From Elusimicrobiota bacterium (GTDB taxonomy: Bacteria; CG03; SLGR01; JBDRKX01), in the NCBI GenBank assembly GCA_043813605.1, contig JBDRKX010000100.1, positions 1-46,432 of the forward strand: 46,432 bases of DNA. Reading direction: 5' to 3'. Each line of letters begins with the position of its first letter. Position 1 is the first letter of the stretch. The position numbers and the translations under genes are program-made. The notes beneath the pieces are model-generated. The model saw only the letters and a list, made by a program, of their open reading frames with translations, ran no database searches and was not told the DNA's origin. Positions 36,001 to 45,000 of this stretch are shown in pieces.

Positions 36001-39000
36001 TTGTCGAAAATACGGATACAATAGACAGCAGGGACCCTGAGTTGAACGAAGTTCTGCGAAAAGTGCTGAGAGATATTAAGGCAGCAGAATACGTTTCTAC
36101 GGATACTCCTCTCCTTGATGCAGCCAGAAGATTTGCCGGAGAACATGCGAGGGACATACCATGGATAAATGTGTTTACACAGCCTGTAGAACCTGAGTCG
36201 GATCCGTCCTCACGCGTGACAAAGTTTATGAGCGATTACCGTATACCTTCAAGGATAACTGCCGGTGATGTACTCGCGCTTACAGAAATAATAGAGAAAA
36301 AGAAAGCGGAAAGACTTGAAGCCGAACTGGCAGCCGGAAGAAGGGAGTTTGAACTAGAAGAGATAGGTGAAAAAGAACGTAAAAAGATACTTGATGCAAA
36401 AGAAAATATCCTGAAGATGATCACTGCTGTTTTTCTTTCAAAAAGCATAGATTTTCCGTCAGTGGAGTTTGGTAATATGTCTCAACTGAGAAAAGCGCTC
36501 GAAGACGCCAGGATCATCTTTGTTGATACAAAAAGAGAACCTTCATCAAAAGAGAATACCATATATATGAAATTGAGTGATGCTGCGCATCTGGATGCTG
36601 CCGGTATGGAGCAGCTCCTTACGCTGAAAGCGCTGGAACTCCATGTCGCGGGACTGGAAGGGCCGGACAGCGTAACCGAGATACTGGCAAAGGCAAATGC
36701 GCTGATGGCATATATGACCATGATAATCAATGGTTCAGCTGTTGATTATGCGCTTGAGCAGTTTGACCGTATACTGAAACTAAACCTCGCCGGACTCACC
36801 GTCAACAAGACAAAAGAGTCAGCATTGATAGTCTATCTTATGGACATCATGCATGCCCGTGTCGGAGGTAAATCCAGCGGTGAGGCAAAGGGTGTGACCA
36901 ACTGGGAGACCGGTGATATACAGTTCAAAGGCGATGATACTATACGCTGGATCTTCATAGGTAAGGCCGGTGTACCATGGGTGGGCAGTATGAAAATAGA
37001 CCATGCTATGTACGAGTATTTCAAAGAACTTACCGAAGGCAAGGCGCCGGCCGACAAAATATTCAAAGTATCCAGCAGGGAGGTAAACGATTACCTTAAA
37101 CTGTTCGGACCGTTCTCGGCTAAGATGTACAGGACGTACCATGCCGGAGGTTATTTTACCCAGATGCTGGCTCTGACCGACAGAATATTACAGGGAGATG
37201 CTGCTTCCGAATCCGAACTGGATGATAAGATAAACCAGATAAAGACGAACGATCTAAGCCAGCAGCAGGAACTTGTAAAAGAAAACCTGGATAAACTGAA
37301 AAAAGATATAATGGCATCTCTAAAAACCGGTGTTCCCGATAAAGCTTCCGTTTCTGCCGCGCTTCATCTGGCTTACATATATGCAGGAAGAAAGCTAGGC
37401 CATAAACGCAAATTTGAGAAAAAGGAAGCTGAGACAAGAGAGGACGCTGACAGGATAAAAGCATTAAGTGAAACTTATGCTCTTAACGAAGATACTGTAA
37501 GGTCAATAGAAACATTTGAACCGACAGGAGCAACGGCAAGAGCAAATTACGTCGATCCGAAACTCGCTGCTTTCTATATGGGTAAATACGGGTTCTCCCT
37601 GCTGAATTCTACAGAGCAAAAGAAGATACTTCCGACTATTGTTCAATATGTAGAGACATCTGCTTTGATAAATAGATTATTTGGGAATGATGGACTCAGA
37701 GAACTTGAAACAGCCAGAGAGCACATAATAAATAAGAGGCATAAGGAAGCAAAAGAAGCGCTTATGCAAGTGGTATCTAAAAAAGCTGATGAACTGCGCC
37801 AGACGGACAGGACGGGATTAAACAAGAGTAAACTCAATGCGCTGGATAAGAATATATCCATTCTTGACGAAAAACTCTCCGATATAGAAAAAGCTGTTGT
37901 TCTTCAAGAACTTCCTATAGATGATGCCGGCAAGGATATACTGTGGGAAAATCTGGAAATACCGGTTCTTCCTCCGCTGCCCCTGTATCAACCTGTCGGA
38001 GGACTGGAGATAAACCTTACTGAAGAAGACGGGGGAAAGATAGTGTTTGAGCTCCCGCCTAAACTGGAACAGATGGCCATTGCGTTCATGCAGTACATGA
38101 TGCCCAAGACAGATGAAGCCAAGAAACCCGCATTGCTCTTCCAGGAAAGGTTCCTGTCGTCATTTGCAAGAGCCCTTGCAGAAAGCGGTCTTTTAAAGAA
38201 CTATATGGGACTGTCGGGTGCTAAGCTGGACCGCCGTGACATAAGCACTATTTTCAGTAATGTTGCGGAATACATAAAGGCTGAAAGGAAGATACAGGAA
38301 TCATATGCCAAGTTGAAACAGGAATACAAGAGGGGCACATGGGTAAAGAAACTGGATGGTATAATAACAGATCTTAACAAGCAATATCCCGGAAGAGAGA
38401 ATGTCGTTGATGTCATCGTTAAAACGCATCTTACCGGGCATATCGTATCTAAGCTGAAAAATACCTATGGGGCCGAATGGGCGAATATTATTTCCGATAT
38501 AAGACAGGAGAGTGTACTTGAAAAAGCTAAGATTGATCGGGAACTGCATGCTTTTGTTAAGAATATGTATGGGGAGGAAAGATGGAGGGAACTGCTAAGC
38601 AATAAAGCAAGGTCTTTCAGGGCAAGCAAAGTTCTGGTTGACGGAGAGCCCGTTACTGTCGGATTGAGGTTCGGCCAGCCCAGGATATACAAATCAAAGC
38701 ACGGTGTAAAACATCCGTGGCACGGATACTGGATAGATGCAGCTGACAGGGTTTATTTTAATACGGACAATATACCTGATTCAGTGATCCCTGACAATTG
38801 GAAAGAAGCCGGAATACAGGTTATAGAAGAACCTGATCCTACCAAGAATACAGTAATGAACTACTATGAATCCGTATATAAACCGGAAGAAGATATAACT
38901 GAGGGAGAAGAAGAAACGCTTTACCAGGGCATACTGCTTGCCGGTGATTTCCAGAGGAGAAGAGTCGCGTATAAATTCGAAAAAGCCATGGAAAAACTCG

Positions 39001-42000
39001 GTTCTGCCGTGAGCAGTATACAGAAACAGTATAAAGAAGACGTATTACTTGAAGGAGAAGAAGAACCGGTCAGTGCCGAAGTGGCTGTTGAGCCGCGAAG
39101 AGGCGAAGAAGGTTCGGCAAGAGTGGGCATTATCGCTCTGATAGTCGGCCTGGGAGCGGGGTTGATGTCTTTCTTCGGAAGTACCGGTAACAGTATGGCA
39201 GCCGAGATAATAACGCGCGGCGGCCGGATTATTGCCAAAGTGGCTCCCGGGGATACTGTGGGACGTATTGCGCAGCAGTTTGAAGGAAGAGCAATGCCTG
39301 TATGGGATTATGTCAATAAAGTGATCGCTCCTCTTAATCCGAATGTTTCCCTGGATAAAATAGCGTCCGGGCAGGAGATATTTATTGGTGTTGCAGAGAA
39401 AGTTGAGCCTGCTGTTAAAGCGGTCATTCAGCCTATGGCGGAAACAATAGCGGTTGAACCGGGCTGGATAGACACGGTCACCGTTTTTATCCATAACATC
39501 GATCTAAGCAGTAATTCCTGGTATATGGCCGCGGCGATGTTCGCAGTCATAACAATAGGGCTCTTTATACTCAGAAGATACAGGGACAAAAGGATCTTGA
39601 GAGAAGAGATAGAAAGAAGAGTGCCTGTCAAAGAAGCAAGGGAACCCGAAGTCGGGGAGATAAGAGTCGAAGAAGAAATAACAGAGACAGAAAAAACAAT
39701 AGATGAAGAGAGGCCATCGCTTCCTGAAGCACCGGAAATAGCTGAGATCCAGCCGGCAGCAGCTCCTGAAGTCCGGGGTTTAAGAAGATGGGTTAAAATA
39801 GACGAAACTGAAGACGGAAGGATCGCCTGGGAAGAAGACTTTGCAGGAAATATAAGAGTAAGGCCTGCCGGCTCGGAAAAAATGAAACAGATAAAAAAAC
39901 TGTACGGCGCCCTTACTCCTGCAATGACGGAAACGCTGCGGGTATTGGAAGAGATATATGATATCACATCAGATGATATGGATGCTGTTCTAAAAAAACA
40001 CGGAAGCCGGCTTGAAGATATCACCGCCTCAGAACTCTATACGATGTTTATGACTCTTGACCGGGCAAATAAAGCCTCATATGACGAGATGGATGCAAGA
40101 CACCGCGGTGTTCCGGGAATTGAAGGAATAAGAGGCCCGCCGGGAGTAAAGACGGTCCGGGTACTTAACGCAAAGATAAAACATGCCTGGGATATATCGC
40201 GCCGCCAGGCAAAGGGGATCACGGGCGCCGCCACTATTTTCACCATAAAAGGTCTCTATCATACATTTATAGGATTATCCTACCATCTTTTAAGAATGTT
40301 CTTTTTTCAGTATTTTGCACGGACGATTAACTATACATACCGCGGTTACTGGAAGGCCGATTTCATAGGAAAAGAAAACTCTCTCAGGCATATAGAAAGC
40401 GCATATCTTAATAACCGTTCTCTTAAGGAGAAAAACCTTTCGGTAAGATTAGTAAACAGCCGGGTCTGGCGTTCGTTAGGTCTTGTGATGAACTATTTTA
40501 TGATAACCCCGTTCTTTGAGTTCCTGGGGAGAAGGGGCAGGTTATGGCTGTTCAGTGTTCCTGCTCATTTTATTCTGGGATATATGGGAGTCTCGGTTTT
40601 CGTCGGTGTGGCTGTGTTTATGGCCTTGTCAGCCGCCTTTTTTTACTATTCTCCCCATGTATCAAAGGGTATAACGAGAGCGAGAAAATTAAGAAGAATT
40701 GCGGTGATGGCGGTGCTATTCGGGCTATTATATACCGTAGCTCCGTATTTCGGCGGATTGCTAAATATAGGGTTGCCCCAATCCTGGCAGGTACTTGAGT
40801 TATCATCCATATGGCAGTCTCTTCCCAATATTCCGCTTCCTGTTAACCTGGAATCGATGGGTAATTCTTTTATACTGGCGTTTGCGCTGGGATTCTTCAA
40901 GAATATCGGACAGCAAAAATCCAGTATACAAGACAGCGCGCTCGGAGAATTCAGAGGCGCATGGGATACGGATGGCCCTGCCGGCAAAGTTGTATCATCT
41001 ATGGAGAAGCTGAAACAGCTGTTAGTAGAGTATGAAAAAACAGGCGAGAAACCCACTGGCGCGAATGTGAATGCAGTTCTTGATGAACTGGAGAATATCA
41101 TAAAGACAGCGTCGCTGAGCGATGAAGCCGACAATGTAAAAACTTCAGCCAGGTCGATCAAAAAGATAGGGGAGCTCTTTAAAGAACCGGATATCAATTT
41201 AAACGAGCTCTTTAAGCAGGCGGCTATAGTGGAATCTTCATTACCGCTCCAGTTAGTAAGATGGGATTACCGCGCGCTGATAAGATTTATCGGCGAAGTC
41301 GATAAAAATGCCGGCAGTATGGACAGACAGGCTATGGTGAATGTCCTCAGTATGATTAACAGCGTAGTAAAATACGATGACACAATCAATGCGTTGTCCG
41401 ATAAAATATCTAAGAAACGGATTATAAGGACCACAGACGACGCCCAGAGGGTGCATATAGCGGATGCCCTTGATAAGTTGGCTGCAAAGCTTGAGATAAA
41501 TGATCTTACGGAACTAACAGGTTATGGTGCGGGTGAACTCAGTGCCCTCGTAAGAAAATCCGGGAAGATGGCCATAGGCAATGTGCTGTGGGACAGTGCG
41601 TTCTGGCATAGGACGAGAACATCTGCAGCCGGGATATGGTTTGTGACTGCCGAGATAGCCGGTGTTCTCGGGTATATGTCGGGTATTGACAGCATGGTAA
41701 ACTGGATAGCCGAGAAGTTCGGATATGAGAGTTATGAATTCAAGGGTTTTAGAAAGGTGGGTGAGTTTATTGAAGGCCAGCATGGTCCGGGAGAGGAAAT
41801 ATCGCAGAACGCTTTTGTCCGGGGCGGTATGCTGGGGCTGGTTGATAATATTTTCCATTCTGCATATTCATGGGGTTTGGAGAAGGCGTCAATAGACGGG
41901 TCTTTCTCGGTCACATCGTACCTGCCTTATACGAAAGGCATGTCTCTTGAAGAAATTAACCAGTTAAACAGGTCGGTAGCGCCTTATGATCTTGATGATC

Positions 42001-45000
42001 TGATCAATGCCCGGGAAAGGGTCAATCTGAGGGCTTCTATTACGGCATTGTCAGAAAAGATAAGCGCGTATGATCATATCAGGCAGTATCTTGTCATTGA
42101 GCTTGCCCGTCTTGAAAAACTTCCGGCAAAAGATACTCTCACCGACGCAAATATCGAAAGGCAGGAAAAAGAGATAGCCCGTTATAACGGGCTCATAGGA
42201 TTAGCGTCTTCGGCGCGTAACATGGAACTTTTACAGAGAGAAAAAGTTCTTACCGAGAGGAAACTTAAGATTGCAGAAGCTAAAGGTGACCCCGGAGAGC
42301 TGGAAAAGCTGAAACAGGCTGTTTCAGCTATAGATACAAGATTAAGGGTCGCCGGTTTAAGTCAGTATCTGGCTTATTCCGAATTTGCGGGAATACCTGC
42401 GGATAAGCTTAGAAAAATCGGCATTACTCATGAGATGGTAAAGCACACGGCGCTTACGGAAGAACTTCCGTTTACAAAAGACCGTATGGGTGAAGAGACT
42501 GCATCGGTACTCGATGAGAGGATCCGCGAATACGCAGCGAAGAAAAGGGATAGTGAGAGAGAGCTGGCCGCATTAGGTACGGATGAACGCGGATTGGATA
42601 AGGGAAGGGCGCTCGGTAAAAAGATTGATAATTACGATAAGCTGATAACGCTTGCCCGGAAGATCAGGGAAACGGATGGCGTGAGCAGGGGAAAAGATAT
42701 ACTGACCGCCAGACTAAACAAGGCAAAGGCGACGGGTGATCAAGAAGAAGTAGATAAACTTGAACGGGCGATACTCGACCTGTCTATTAAAGAGATCAGG
42801 GACAGGGTGGAACAGTATGATACGTTTTCTAAAGCCCTCGGCGTAAGCAGTAAACAGCTTGCTGACAGGGGAGTGACCAATGATATGGTCAGGCAGGCGG
42901 CTATTACCGGAACGCTTCCCAAACCCGTATTAAAGGTACTACGAGAAATAAAAGCCGACCAGCAGAGAGAAGCTATGGCGGAAACTGTAACAACAGCCAT
43001 GAGATCTCTCATGTTGCCGGAAAACGTTGTAAGAGTAGGTGATGCTACGGCCGTTGCGGCAAACTTAAAGACATCAAAATTTGATAAATATATCTTTGTA
43101 CATGCCAAGGAATACAAGGTCGATCCATACCTGATCAAAGCGGTTATCAGGGCTGAATCAGAGTACGATCCGGAAGCAATATCTTTGAAAGGAGCTATGG
43201 GGCTGATGCAGCTAATGCCGGACACAGCGAGCGAATTAGGTGTGGTAGATCCTATGGATCCGGATCAGAATATACGCGGCGGTACCAAATACCTGGCGCA
43301 GCTTATAAAGAAATTCAACGGTGATGTATCGCTCATAGCCGCAGCTTATAATTCCGGGCCGGGCCGCATTGAAAAACTGGGCCGCGTTCCCAATATAGAA
43401 GAAACGAAAAAGTATGTCAGCAAAGTATTAAAATATTACGGCAGAGATTATACTAAATTCGGTTTAAATGTAGCGGATTTTCTTCCGCAAAAACATGTTT
43501 TTACCTTTACGGAACTGGCTACTGAGGTCTTCCGTACGTCAAACAGGTGCGCAAAGAACGCTTATAAGGATATATCAAGGCTGGTAGACGCTTTTGTCAA
43601 TTACGGTGATGTTCTTGTTCATCCGTCTGAACTGCCGGACTATACAGGTGAGCGCACGGAATATGAGGCATTCTCATTTACGGACGCTCTAAGTCAGAGG
43701 ATGTCTGATATCACGGATGTGAAGATACGTCTCAAGGATATAGAGGGAAATAAAGCAAATTATGATTATGTCAAACAGAGGCTGACGGCAGATCTTCTTG
43801 TAGAACCGTTAGATCCCGAAAAAGCATTCCTTAATATGTGGTATTCGCTCTATGATACGGATACGGAAGTATCCAAAGAGGCATTGAGATGGGCCAACAA
43901 AGAAATGAAACTGCTTCTGGACAAGGAGGTAGCCAAGCAGGCCATGTATATCTACGATCTCTTTATAGATATAAGGATGGCCGAAGAAAATATAGCCCAG
44001 GTGGAAGCGAAGCTGAAGGATCTCAAGGAACTGCGGGAAGTTATTATAGGCAAGATCCAAAGAGAGATAGAAAGAGTTGATATATTGATGAAAGTGGATC
44101 AGCAGATCTCGGATGAGATTTACAAACTAGTACAATACAAGAGTATTTACCGCGATGCCGGCCTGTCACTGAAAAAACTTTTGAAAATAGACCCGTCTAA
44201 ACCCATACAGTTTGTTATAAATGAAGCGGATGTCACCGGATTGCTGAAAAAGGCCGGCGCGGACAGGTACTCTACGATCCTGCGCCAGATAGAAGAGTCA
44301 AAAATGGGCAGGTTCAGGGCGGAAATACCGAAAAGGTATTCGAGCAGCCTTTCCCTGTCGTCCGTGATAGATATTCTGCGTATCGCCGGATATATCGAGT
44401 TGGGCCCGGCAGCAGCAGTAAGTCTGCTCTTTAACAGCGAACTCTCTGATTTTCAGCGTGAAGCGCTTCAGGATGTAGCCGTTAATAATTATGCGGAAGC
44501 TCTATTTGAAAAAGAAAAAGTAGAGCAGATACAGGTCATTGAAGGAAAGAAGATAGATATAAGGATAAGAGCGCTTGAAAATACGATCGAAAGCCACAGG
44601 AGAATAGTAAATGACCTTATCGCCGGTATTGAGGAACAGAAAGCTAAAGTAGCGGTAGATGATATGGGCATATATAAGCTGCTCGACAGGATGGAAGAGC
44701 TGAGCCGCGCCGAAAGGCTGCTGCGTTCATTTGAACGGGAACTGAAACGCGCCCATAAAGAAAAACTGAAATACGAGGCCGCACATACCGAGGTTGTTCC
44801 CCCTGAAAGCACATTTATTGAAAAAGTCGGGGAAGGGCTGGGTTTTGCCCTGTCACTGCCCAGTAGACTGTTCAGTTTTATCACCGATCCCATATTCGGC
44901 CGCAAGGATGTTAAAGATAAACTCGAAGTATTAGAAAAGAAGGAAGCAGAGCCTTCCGAACCGGGTGTTTACAGGACTTTTGATCAGCTTTTCAATAACC

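Noticed and set aside
36750..37620. Tyrosine recombinase/integrase interpretation of the R-K-R-H-Y domain
   Set aside because: It lacks HxxR. FxGK, AKxxRTY and NYxDP are TopIB signatures, and a Top1-like cap region is adjacent.
42426..42443. HEMVKH as a metallopeptidase motif
   Set aside because: The spacing is not HExxH, and the paralogous repeat has NDMVRQ at the same position.
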